A stretch of DNA of 63,437 nucleotides from positions 1 through 63,437 of IMG/VR virus record IMGVR_UViG_3300028925_005942; one strand, 5' to 3'. Position numbers and translations under genes: made by a program. The number at the start of each line of letters is the position of its first letter. Within the stretch, counting starts at the first letter, position 1. Source of the stretch: a virus. Its lineage: Duplodnaviria > Caudoviricetes. A model generated the notes under the pieces. The model saw only the letters and a program-made list of their open reading frames with translations. It made no database searches and was not told where the DNA came from. Shown here piece after piece: positions 41,201 through 51,700 of the stretch.

Positions 41201-42590
41201 TAAGATTCACAGTAGGATACTGACTCCTGGATTGCCAAGTACAGGTCAAGCCCAAATAATAGACCCTATAAACCCCTTAAATAATATTCCAGCAAAGGGA
41301 ACTTTTCTCAATGGAGATGTTTACTATAGATTAAGAAACTCTAAATCTGATGTCATATTCACTCCAGTAGAATCTTTCCATTATTCTGATACTTTTAAAT
41401 CTAATTACTGGAATAAAGGAAGACCTAACGCTGTATTAGAAGATTTTAAAAGAACTAGAAAGCATTCAACTTGCTTATATTCTGAGTCTTACATCCCTAA
41501 TACAAATATAAACGGACTATCTTCTTTCTTCCCTGATGTATCATTCCAGGAGTTTGAAAGAGATTATAATTCAATTCAGAAGTTACATTCTAAAGATAAT
41601 AAATTAATTATTTTTCAAGAAGACAAAGTTTCTCAATCACTAGTAAATAGAAATGTTCTGTATAATATTGATGGAAGTGGAAATGTAGCTACATCCGACT
41701 CTGTATTATCTCAAGCAGTTCCTTACTTGGGTAATTATGGAATAAATAAAAACCCAGAGTCATTTGCTGCTTACGGAAACTCAATCTATTTTACTGATGT
41801 AAAGAGAGGAGGTGTTTTAAGATTAGGGAATGATGGGTTCACTATTATTTCCAACTATAAAATGAAAAATTTCTTTACAGATGCTTTTAAGTCTATCCAA
41901 ACTTTTAAGTCAGGTGCATTTCATAAGATAGTTGGAGTATATGATGTTGCATTTGATGAGTATATAGTATCTCAAGAAGGAGCTTGGAGTCAAAAATTAG
42001 AGCAAGACAAAGATGGTAATTGGGTTTTAGTTAATGATAAGAATGTAATACCGTCATGGACATTAGGATTCTGCGAAGCATCTAATAGATGGAATTCATT
42101 TTATTCTTATATACCTGAAATGATGTGCGCTACTCAAAATGGCTTTGTTTCTTTTGATTGGGGTCAATTATATACTCATAACATATCAGGAACATATTTG
42201 AATGTTAGACAGGAATTAAAAAAATTCAATGACTATAATAAATTCTATGGTGTAGAATATGATTCTGAGTTATGGGTGGTATCTAATGAAGCAGCCTCTA
42301 ATAATAAGATATACAAAGCATTTAGTCAGGAAACGGATGATATATGGGATGTAACTTTTGACAGTCCTAATGGGCAGCAGACAGTTTTACTGCCATCTGA
42401 TTTTGATACTAGAGAAAATATACACTATAGCGATATAATGAATGATGTAAATAGTCCTGGTGGATTAATTGAAGGAGATAGGATGAGAGATGTCACTTTA
42501 CTAGCTAAATTAAAGTTATTTTCTAAGACTCTAACTAGGGTATTTGGGGTGAATTTTAACTTCTCTCCTAGTGAACGAAGCAATAAATAA
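38292..42590 (+). CDS. tail muzzle/stabilization protein
   Basis: GGMDMDTDER N-terminus, LYWTDDYNPPRKIN, FKYRWVYDDGEKS, YGINKNPESFA, W.SFYSYIPE. Confidence 0.75.
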   Translation: MAIEKKIFAGGGMDMDTDERFMAKTDYKKAVNCRISKTDEGNDGIVENIRSNLKRTNPPIDDGDICIGTYEDKSTESVIFFIYAADGNHGIYRRLGAGNIQTILQDPILNFSWRHLVTGVNVVGSDEDKFPDGLLYWTDDYNPPRKINIDKALTSGYSFITETILDAIKHPPQEHPRSYGFVTDSNVPSNQLKSKSWQFKYRWVYDDGEKSSWSPISPNYIDTSFSAYYNDFGDTSYENNAIPIRFMSGSETVARIQIASRNTNGIDDFLLIADIDKVRVNELVTAGPPPPTYLGELSLPLVPVLGDNASYYLVFYNNGIYSTIDSVESNKLYNDVPHLAKAQEIVDGNIIVYGNVVSGQTVDNVVDISLSPGHLDENILSENVSSVTLPAISMVETIWSDWVDPWGGIRERKCRFRAFLRWEINDVPSTCNSIYHLEVEDVMFGGLVNGYPGINNPHLSILNINFTSSMQATSTAAATVANNIVAELNTASSSEFDYNNIQGTRGSWAGYSFTGFLHSTHVWSVVTSGGTTYVQLKLETEKTPGRLPWSDSGAGTIWSTYRLAGFAYPSGGLGGYQSNWIPLNGMNYVSQFLDRSAELANSAHAWVGQKIQQNTSFYTLSATHLEYYLFSNQWFIDQIASSNGWFMYTPGGISFMGYNYTTSSASDYANLQGVDSVNPEYVNIYENLCAGKNFKAIHPSFKTGAKHRFGLVYYDRGNRSSSVKLGKTSEVYIPKTSETVPSYFNTTLGANTNMYSGTWHIDWEINHAPPDWATHYQWVYGGNTLTDSFLQFVTDGIYDGVHAMKNSGKVIPTTGVPISSGTYANNVLIDITNIRKFQEGESGEVVKYNFKEGDMLRFVLDEVSQPSISASFEFPIVGVAGERDLPSIIHSETGAAGADSEFDNKDFLVLARETALTSGGIVVDPVAAIAVYKNYTLEIYSPKSDLENDAIIYNEFSNVGYIYFDPATGTKIHSRILTPGLPSTGQAQIIDPINPLNNIPAKGTFLNGDVYYRLRNSKSDVIFTPVESFHYSDTFKSNYWNKGRPNAVLEDFKRTRKHSTCLYSESYIPNTNINGLSSFFPDVSFQEFERDYNSIQKLHSKDNKLIIFQEDKVSQSLVNRNVLYNIDGSGNVATSDSVLSQAVPYLGNYGINKNPESFAAYGNSIYFTDVKRGGVLRLGNDGFTIISNYKMKNFFTDAFKSIQTFKSGAFHKIVGVYDVAFDEYIVSQEGAWSQKLEQDKDGNWVLVNDKNVIPSWTLGFCEASNRWNSFYSYIPEMMCATQNGFVSFDWGQLYTHNISGTYLNVRQELKKFNDYNKFYGVEYDSELWVVSNEAASNNKIYKAFSQETDDIWDVTFDSPNGQQTVLLPSDFDTRENIHYSDIMNDVNSPGGLIEGDRMRDVTLLAKLKLFSKTLTRVFGVNFNFSPSERSNK

Positions 42591-42640
42591 CTTGCTTTTT
42601 TAATATTAAATAGGTATATTTGTAATATTAAATTTAAGTT

Positions 42641-43204
42641 ATGAGTGAAGTATCTGTAGTTAGCAAGGAATTGAAGCAGGAAATAAGAAGAGTGATATAC
42701 AATATAGAGGAAACTATCTCTAAATCAGAACAAGAAGGGCTCGAGCCTTTCTTTAATGATACAGAAAAATGTCCTTTAACTCATTCGTTTTCAGATGGGA
42801 TATATTGTAGGGAGATAAAAATACCATCAGGTATGGTGATAACAGGAAAGATACATAAACACGAACATCCTAACTACTTAATGTCAGGAGAAGTGTTAGT
42901 TTTAACAGAAGATGGAGGGAGTGAAGTTCTAAAAGGCCCTTTATCAATGATGTCAAAAGGAGGTACTAAGAGAGCTTTATATGCTATAACTGACTTAGTA
43001 TGGACTACAATCCATCACAATCCCACTAATACTAGGGACTTGAAGGAGATAGAAAAAATAGTTATAGCTAAGGATTATGATGAGTACACGAAGTTTGTTA
43101 ACTCTCCTAAACCTATATATTTATCTGTAAGACGTACAGTTGCGGTTACATTTATTGAGAGAGTTGTTAAATGGTTTAAAAAATTAACTAAAAGAACTAA
43201 ATGA
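42641..43204 (+). CDS. cupin-fold protein
   Basis: HSFSDGIYCREIKIPSG...GKIHKHEH...GTKRA...WTTIH. Confidence 0.7.
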   Translation: MSEVSVVSKELKQEIRRVIYNIEETISKSEQEGLEPFFNDTEKCPLTHSFSDGIYCREIKIPSGMVITGKIHKHEHPNYLMSGEVLVLTEDGGSEVLKGPLSMMSKGGTKRALYAITDLVWTTIHHNPTNTRDLKEIEKIVIAKDYDEYTKFVNSPKPIYLSVRRTVAVTFIERVVKWFKKLTKRTK

Positions 43205-43205
43205 T

Positions 43206-43955
43206 ATGAGTTGGATAGCAGCAGGAGTAGCGGTAGTCGGAGGAGGTATAAAAATGTACCAAGGCTATAAGCAAAAAAAAGATGGTCAAGAAATGGAGGA
43301 TGGCTTAAATAAGCCTGACTTTGTCATACCAGAGGAAGCTTTAAAGAATTTATCTATTGCTGAAAAAGAAGCTTACAACGGACTACCTGAAAATCAGAAG
43401 CGAGCTTTCTTAGAGAATCAGCAAAGGACTTCTCAGACTGCCTTAAGAAATTCTTCTGATAGGAGAGGGGGGTTGGGTATTGTATCTCAAGTACAAGGTC
43501 AAGAGAACTTATCTAATAGACAATTATTGATTGACGATACAAAAGCTAGGCAACAAAATATGCAGAGAGCTTCAGACGCTAGGAATGTAATGTCTGATTA
43601 TAAGATGAAAAGATTTGAACATCAATATAATGAATACTCTTCTGATTTAGACTATGCTCGTGGAATCCAAGGAGCTGGGTTACAGAACATGAATACAGCA
43701 ACTAGTGAGATAGCGGGAGGAGTTATGCAGGGAGTTGGAGGAATGAACGCAAACAAACAGGCGGAATTAGATAGAGAGGCTGGGCTATTACCTAGACGAA
43801 TGAATTCTGTCGGCCCTACTAACATGAACATGCCTACTAATAACGTAATACCTAATACTCTATCCACAGTATCAGCTCCTCAATCAACTGCTTCAGCTAA
43901 CTTTGGAGCTCAATTAGATTTTTACAGGTTTCCTTTAAATGGAATAAATCAATAA
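43206..43955 (+). CDS. putative ejection/pilot protein
   Basis: Gly/Ala hydrophobic N-terminus, Q/N-rich coils, located after the muzzle gene. Confidence 0.55.
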   Translation: MSWIAAGVAVVGGGIKMYQGYKQKKDGQEMEDGLNKPDFVIPEEALKNLSIAEKEAYNGLPENQKRAFLENQQRTSQTALRNSSDRRGGLGIVSQVQGQENLSNRQLLIDDTKARQQNMQRASDARNVMSDYKMKRFEHQYNEYSSDLDYARGIQGAGLQNMNTATSEIAGGVMQGVGGMNANKQAELDREAGLLPRRMNSVGPTNMNMPTNNVIPNTLSTVSAPQSTASANFGAQLDFYRFPLNGINQ

Positions 43956-43958
43956 AAC

Positions 43959-45731
43959 ATGGCAATAAAATACGCAGGGACTAATTTAAAAGGATATGGT
44001 AAAGCTCAAGTATACACTCAGAGTAACTTAGTTGAGCAAGCTGCTGGTGTCATAGCTAAACAGGAAGCAAGGAAAAATAAAGCCGCTGCTGCTAAAGCCG
44101 CTGCCGCTAAAGCTAAAAAAGCCGCTGGCAATAAAATGCTAGATGACTTAAACAAAGTTGATTTCTCTAAAGTAAGAGATGCTGAGGTTGGGGTTATTAC
44201 TAACGGTGGAGGAGAGAATCAAACTATTGGAGTTAACGGTATATATAAATTTGCTCAAGAAAACTTAGATGCTATTATCGACCCCTCTGTAGATGGAGGG
44301 AAGGCTAAGATGCAGTTTGAGCAACACAAAACACAATTACAAGGATATATAGTTCAATCTATTAATCAGAAGGGTAGAGATGAAGTTGACTATAAATCTA
44401 TGACTACTAATAATGAGCTCTATACAGAGGAGAATGAAGTAGGTTTAGCTGCACGAAAGAATACTACTATCGGTAGTACTTCATGGAGCACTAGAGATGT
44501 TCTTGACCGCTCAGAAGCTAACGGCCATAGAAACGTAGAGAATGAAGATGGGAGTATGATGTCTGTGCCTACGATTTCAGGGGCAGGTAATTATGAAATT
44601 ACACCTGACGCAAATCTAGAGAGAGAGCTACAGGGTTTAGCTGAAGAGTTGAAGAATAAGAAAAGCACTACTGCCAAGGGAGGTACTTTCTCTATTGGTA
44701 ATGGTAATCTAGCCGTAGAATTTGTTACAGGAGGGAAGTTTGATGAAGCATTAGTCGTTCAAGCAGGTAAAAATATGATGCAAAATCATAAGTGGAATGG
44801 AAAATTAAATGCTGACTTAAAAGAATACCTAGATTCTGGGTATACTGAAGACGAAGCTATTTACGAAATAATGAGACCTTTCCTAGATGAAGACCAATCT
44901 TCTACTATAAAAACTAGCACTGGGAGAAAGTCGAAATCAGGGAATGATGACGTTTCAGCATTAAATACGGATATAGTAATACCTACTGAACCTATGAATA
45001 CGGCTGTTAACATCACTGGAGGGGAGGGTAGTTTACTACTTCCTATAAGTGGGAATCTATCGGGAAGTAATCCTTTTTTCTCTTCAGGTATAGATAAGGG
45101 TGAAGCTTCTCGTGACAAATGGATGGAGTTAGCGGGATTAGAAAAAGATAATCCATATATTGATTACAGTGGAGATACTCCAGCAGTCCAGTACGTTCCT
45201 CAAGGTAACGCTGTAATGGCCTTTTCAAAACCTACTAAAAATGCTAAAAGAACCTTCCAATTTCAATCTCCACCAAATACAAGGCATGTAAGTTCCAGAA
45301 AAGGTAAAAATGGTAAAAATATCCCCCCAGGATTACTCTCAAAATCAGAAATTTTTGACGTATCTCCTACTGACGTGAGAATGATGCGGACAGCTACTGA
45401 AGACATTAAAGTTGGTATGACTGATGAAATGGTGACTGGAAACAAGACATTCAATCTAACTGTAAAGAAAGGAGATTGGATTCCTGAGTGGGTTTTCCAT
45501 TCTACAAATAAAGATATTATTGGTGCTTTAAAATCTAAACCATTTAAGACAAGTCCTTGGCTTATGTCAATAGATGAGCACAAGACATCTAAGCCAACAA
45601 TAGCTGCGGAATTTACTCCTGCATTATTTCAAAAATGGTCTGCATGGATGATTGACAACCAAGAAAATCCGCATCTATATATTGATGCAATGAAGAAAGA
45701 AATTTTTGGAATAGAAGGAAAATCAAAATAA
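43959..45731 (+). CDS. putative internal virion (cargo) protein
   Basis: Position between pilot-like and giant protein; Ala/Lys tract. Confidence 0.5.
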   Translation: MAIKYAGTNLKGYGKAQVYTQSNLVEQAAGVIAKQEARKNKAAAAKAAAAKAKKAAGNKMLDDLNKVDFSKVRDAEVGVITNGGGENQTIGVNGIYKFAQENLDAIIDPSVDGGKAKMQFEQHKTQLQGYIVQSINQKGRDEVDYKSMTTNNELYTEENEVGLAARKNTTIGSTSWSTRDVLDRSEANGHRNVENEDGSMMSVPTISGAGNYEITPDANLERELQGLAEELKNKKSTTAKGGTFSIGNGNLAVEFVTGGKFDEALVVQAGKNMMQNHKWNGKLNADLKEYLDSGYTEDEAIYEIMRPFLDEDQSSTIKTSTGRKSKSGNDDVSALNTDIVIPTEPMNTAVNITGGEGSLLLPISGNLSGSNPFFSSGIDKGEASRDKWMELAGLEKDNPYIDYSGDTPAVQYVPQGNAVMAFSKPTKNAKRTFQFQSPPNTRHVSSRKGKNGKNIPPGLLSKSEIFDVSPTDVRMMRTATEDIKVGMTDEMVTGNKTFNLTVKKGDWIPEWVFHSTNKDIIGALKSKPFKTSPWLMSIDEHKTSKPTIAAEFTPALFQKWSAWMIDNQENPHLYIDAMKKEIFGIEGKSK

Positions 45732-45738
45732 TAATACA

Positions 45739-48700
45739 ATGCCAATAGAAGACTTAGATAATCTCGAACTTAATACAGACGAGTTAGGACAAAATTATTC
45801 AACTGAAGAGGATGCTCCTGAAGTACCTGTTACCGAAGAGGTAGACGTTACTGCTGAGGATGAAACGAAGGTAGATGATATTAAGACTTCTGTAGACACC
45901 CTAACATATAAGTGGAATGGCGTTAAAGGAGATGAGTTAAAACAGTCTCACGCAAATCTGTATGCTACTATGTCAAACCCTAACTTAATCACTAGAGCTG
46001 AAGAAGCAGGGGTAGAGCCAGAAGAATTTCTTTTTAATTTATTTGAAGATGAATTCAATGGAGATAAAGCTAATTTCAAAATAGCTTTAAAGAACATCAA
46101 AAAAGAAACTAACTTAACATTAGAGCATGCAACAAGCGTTGATAAGGACGCTTACTTAGAAGACTTTTTTGGTAAGAATATTACAGCTCCTAAAGAAGGA
46201 GCTATTAAATATAAAGAAGAGGATGGCATATACTCTATGTCTAATGATAAGGGAGAATGGAGTACAATAAATGAACGTACATTTAATTTAGGTAAAAGGA
46301 ACTCACAATACGATTCTAAAAGTAGAGAATATATTAGAGGAGTCGAAGAGGACATAATACCTCCTATTAACAATGATGAAGAAAATTCTACAAAAGGAAT
46401 AACAAGAGAAGAATTTGCTACGGGAATTGTTTTTGCTGAGAATAGTGGTGAGTTTGACTACAAAGCAATTAATCCTAAATCATCTGCTACTGGAGCTTAT
46501 CAGTTCTTGTATGAAAGAGATGAGGTGAAGGCGTATCTTAAGAAAAATTACAGCATAACAACTAGAAAGGGATTTCAAGATAGCGAGGAAGCTCAGGATG
46601 GATTATTAGACTATATGCTTGAAGATAAGCCTGGAAGGTATCCTTTTATGGCTAAATCATTGCAAAAGGACTATAAAGATTTTATACCAGAAACTATAGA
46701 GTACAATCAACTACTTGCATTAGAGCACTTTGCAGGGCATGGTGAGCTTAGAGAATTATTCGCTAGAGTTCGTGATAAAAAGATAACCAAGAAAGAGGTA
46801 TTTGATTTTGTGCCAAAAGGACAAGAGGTTTTAAACTTATCTGTAGGAGAGTATCTTAAAAGATTTAACAAAGGATTTTCTTCTGTAGGAAATGACGAAG
46901 CTATTAATGAGCAGGAATCATTTTTCAATAACCCTCTTATTGCTATTTCAGATGGAATTAATAGTCAATTACCTACAAATGGTGAAGATGCTAATGAAGG
47001 GGCTATTATAGACTCTAGAGAGATATACGAGCAAAGCTTAATAACTTCTAATGAAATATCTCCACTCTTAGATAATAAAATGCCTGCGGGATTTGACTTT
47101 ACTGACGATTTAGATGAGGTGTGGGATAACATGAGTTTATCTGCCATTGAACTAATATCTTCTAATGTTGACGAAAAACTAAATGATGAGAGCGTATTAG
47201 GTGATGAAAAATCTATTCTACAAGCATCTCTTACTAATGAGTCTGATATTGAGGAAATTGCTGAGATGACTGTTAATAATAAAAAACTTAACCTATATAC
47301 TGCTGCTGCTGATGGGATGTTTGCTGATATACTCTCTGTATACGAGTCTGATATTGAGGAGGAGAGAAAGGCTAATCAAGAAGCAACGAACAACGCAAAC
47401 AAAAGAATTAAATCCTCTGGAGTGAATATAATGATGCCAGGAGCAACTACTTCTAGAGAGGTTTCAACTGAAATAGGCACGCCAGATATTATACAATTTA
47501 CAGCTGAAGAATTCTTAACGAAGGATAGGTTTAATAATATACCTCCAGCAATGAAGTTGATTATGGCTGAACGTATTCAAGATTTGTATAATAATAAATT
47601 AAGAGAACCAGAATTTAATAAGAAGAAAGAAGATATGCTAACTTTTTGGGGAGCATCATCTAAAGAAAGTATCGCTACAGAGGTTCAGAATTTCATTGAT
47701 TCATCCGCAGAGAACGGGGAAACTATGAAAGATATTGTAACTAAGGTTAATGAATCATATCCTGTTGAATTAAAGTTAGATGATGCAGGTAAATTAAGTG
47801 TAGAATTTAATGACGAAGAATTATATAATAAAATCGATGGAGAAGCTACTTCTCATGCGAATGAAGTAGTCCCAGGACAGACAAATATAGGTTCGTCAGC
47901 AGAGATGGTTTTAAAGCATGGATTAAATCAAACGATTCCAGGGTATCTTAAATGGGCTCTAACAGGAACTAAAGCATTTTCAATAGTAGGAAGAACACCT
48001 ACAGAGTCTGAAGAATTTAAAAGCTCTATAGTTAGCTTTATAGGAGACCCTACCTTATGGGCAACTGGAGGGATTGTTGGTTTTGCTGGAAAAAAAATAG
48101 GTACGAAATTACTCACAAGGCATTTAGCTAAGTGGGAAACAAGATTAGCAGTTAAATATGGTGATGAAGCTGCAAAGACAACAGTAAATCTAGTAGCTAA
48201 GAGGCAAGCAGCGAAAATAACCGCCCCAATAGCTTCTGGAGCTACTCTAGGGACTTGGAAGTTTAATAACGAAGTTCTTACTCAAAGAGTTCAGAAGTCT
48301 GGATGGGGAGTTAATGATATAGACTACTGGGATAGCATACAAGAAGGAGGAATTGATGCGGTACTAGGAGCTTCGATATTTGGAGTGTCTTCAAAAGTTA
48401 TGGGTAGATTTAAACTTATGGATGAAACTATGGCTTTAAAAGGAAGGTCTCCATTAAGTAGAGGTATGTTAAAGTATGGTGTTGCTCATCCAATAGATTT
48501 AGCAGGACAAACATCTGTATTTGTTGGTGGTGGTGCTGTTCTTCATGGTAATATACCTACAATGCAAGAGGCGGAAGAAACTGCCGTATTCTTATTGTCA
48601 ATGAAGTTTGCCCATGGAGTTCAGAACGGACTATTTACTTATGTAAAAACTGGAAACTTTAAGAAAGGAGAAGGTATGCCTGCAAATTTTTCTCCAATAG

Positions 48701-51700
48701 AGAGAGATATTATTAATGCTAAGTTTAACTTAACAAAACCTAAGGAAAATGCTACTGTAAGTGAAAAGGTAGAGTGGGATAATAACACCTCTAAAGAAAT
48801 AGCTGAGAATAAAGAAATTTTTAATGACCTTTTACACGATAAAACTGTTCCTTTAACATTAAGGTCTAAGGTTTTAATGAGAGAGTTTGGGTTGAAATTA
48901 GGGGTAAATGGAGATACTGATGATAATAAATTCAAAAGAAATAAAAAAGCTAAAGCGCTTGTAACTACAGAAGTTAAGACAATATTCAATGGTGCTAATT
49001 TTGATGTTATAAAGCTTAATGAAAATGGAGAAGTATTAGATGTCGCTAGATTTAAAAACTCTACAGATGCAAATACATTCGCTCAAACTACAGTAAAGAA
49101 CATCTCTGACAACATAGCTAGATTTAATTACAACAATGAAATGTCTCTTGACAATAAGGTTGAGATTGTAGATTATTTAAAAAATGAATTAGGTTCTTCT
49201 CTTAATGAGGTTACAGAAATACTAAATACTACTACACCTACCGAGAGAACTCATAATCAAAATATATTAGTGGAGGCTTTCAAGAGTAAGGTTCAGGAGG
49301 TTTCAGACCTTAATCAACTGAAAATTAAAGAAGAAGCCACGGAAAGTCTTAAAACCAAAGGAGAAGAGGTTACTGAGCAGGCGTTAGAAAATGAGATTAT
49401 TAAGTTAAGGGAATTAAAATCCAAACAGGATGAAGTTATTCTAAAAGGAAGAGTAAAGAAAGAAGGAGAGCAAGAAATACAAGGAAAACAAAAAGCTGAT
49501 AATCAATTACTTAGAAACATAGAGATAGCTCTTAGTAAAGATGGTGATAATCCTATATATGCTACTGAAGAAAGTATATCCTCAATTAATAAAGAGAATC
49601 TAACAGACCATCAGAAAGAAGCTTTAATTGATATTGATAAATCTATAAAAGCATTTAAGAGTTTAGGTCTTGACGTGTATATCCATACTTCTAACAAAGA
49701 ATACATGAAGAGCTCTGGAGAAGCAATAGAGGGGGTTAACATACAAGGACATAGAAACACAAAGACAGGAGATATTCACATGAACATGTCTCACTTAGAT
49801 AAATTAACTACGGCTCATGAAGTTGGTCATCACTTTGGAGAGTTACTTAAAAAAGCTAATCCAGAAAAATATAAGATTGTTGAGGAGGGGGTTTATAAAT
49901 TAATTAGTGAGAACCCAGAGTTCGCTGAGGTTTTAGATTACATTAAGTCAAAAGACGCAGAAGGTAATGACATATATAAAGATATTAGTGAAAAAAAGAA
50001 TGAAGCTTTAGCTGAATATATCGCTAAACTCCAAAAAGGAGACTACACTGTAGAGACTCAGAATAAATTTATTAACGGAGCTAAAATCCAGCTTAATAAA
50101 ATCATGGAAACTCTGAAAATAGATTATAAATTTGAAACTAATAACGAAGTATTAACGTTTTTAGATGGAATAACTAAAAAGATTGACAAAGGAGAGGATA
50201 TTACTAAGAAGGATTTAGGAGTGGGGAAAGAAAAGACTGAGTTTTCCGAACTTCTTACTAAAACTAAAAATGAAAATCCTGATGCATATTGGAGTGTAGG
50301 AGAGGTTAGTCTTGAAGAGGTTAAAAAAGGAACTCTTATAAAAACTGAAGGAGGTCAGGCTATTGTTAAAGCTGATGGAGATATTGTTGGTTTATTTAAG
50401 ACTCCAGGAACTACAGAAAAAGGAGTTGCTGGTAAGTTATTAGATAAAGCTGTTGAGGCTGGAGGAACTAAATTAGATAATTTTGACAATCATTTAACTC
50501 CTATATACGAGAAGGCTGGATTTAGAGTTGTCTCTAGGATGAAATTTAATGAAGAATATGCTCCAGAAGGATGGAATAAAGAAAAGCATGGTACACCAGA
50601 TGTTGTTGCTATGGTTTATGACCCTGCTAAAAAGTTAAAAATAGAAGAGAAGTCTTTCACGGATTACGATAAGGCAATGTCTTATAGAGATTCGCAGATA
50701 AAAGGGGAGGCAATTCAACCAAGAGTATCTAAAGAAAGAGGAAGAGTATTTACTGAAATAGATAATATAATATCTAAAACCAAGAAGAGGTTAACTGAAG
50801 ATGTTAATCCTGAGACTCTAGAGAATAATGCTATATCGTATCTTCAAGAAAGTAAATGGTATGCAGAAGCTACTGATAAGGAGAGAGAGATTGCAGTTGT
50901 AGAGGTTAGAAGTAATCTAGCTATAAAAGAAAAGAAATCTCCTAGTGTAAATAAAGTTTTAGGAAATCCTAAAGAAAATACTGTTGTAATGACAGAGAAG
51001 GTAGCCCTGAAAGAGCAGCTTAAATCTGAAGCAAAGGGAGCTAAAGGAGCTGAAGGGTATATTAAAGAAATAAATACTAAACTTATTGATTATATTAAAG
51101 AATCAGACTTAAAAGATTCTTCTATAGGTAAATCCTTACTTAAGAAAGTAGCTTCTGTTACTAGTGAGAAGGGGTTTGACAATGTTGTTGATGCTTTAGA
51201 GGTAGCTGTAGAGAGACAAACAAGAAGAGATTTAATTGGTAATGTTAGAATTCTAAAGGAAAAAGTAAGAAAGAAGCTTAACAAGGGGGATTATACTAAT
51301 CAATCAGATATAATTAAGGATTTATTAGAAGCTCCATCTCATAAGGTAAAGGATAATGCTATTCTTGGAGAATTAGTCGTTAAGTTAGAGGAATTAAACA
51401 GGAGTAATGTAGCATTGGTTGAACCTAAAAAGATAGAAGAATTAAATAAATCAATATCTGAATTAGTTGCTAAGTCTGAGAAGTCTATACCAACCCAAGA
51501 TTCTTTAGGGGAGTTAGGTGTTGACATCAAGACTAGACTTAAAGGCGAGTTGAAATCAGAATCTACGGAGGAAATTGATACCGTTAAGGGATTGCGTAGT
51601 GATATCTTGCGATTTGAGAGGAATTTAGAGGAATTAAACATAGCAGGTAAACTTTCAGAAGGTCAGTATGAACAATATACTAAGGAATTGAATGAGTTTG

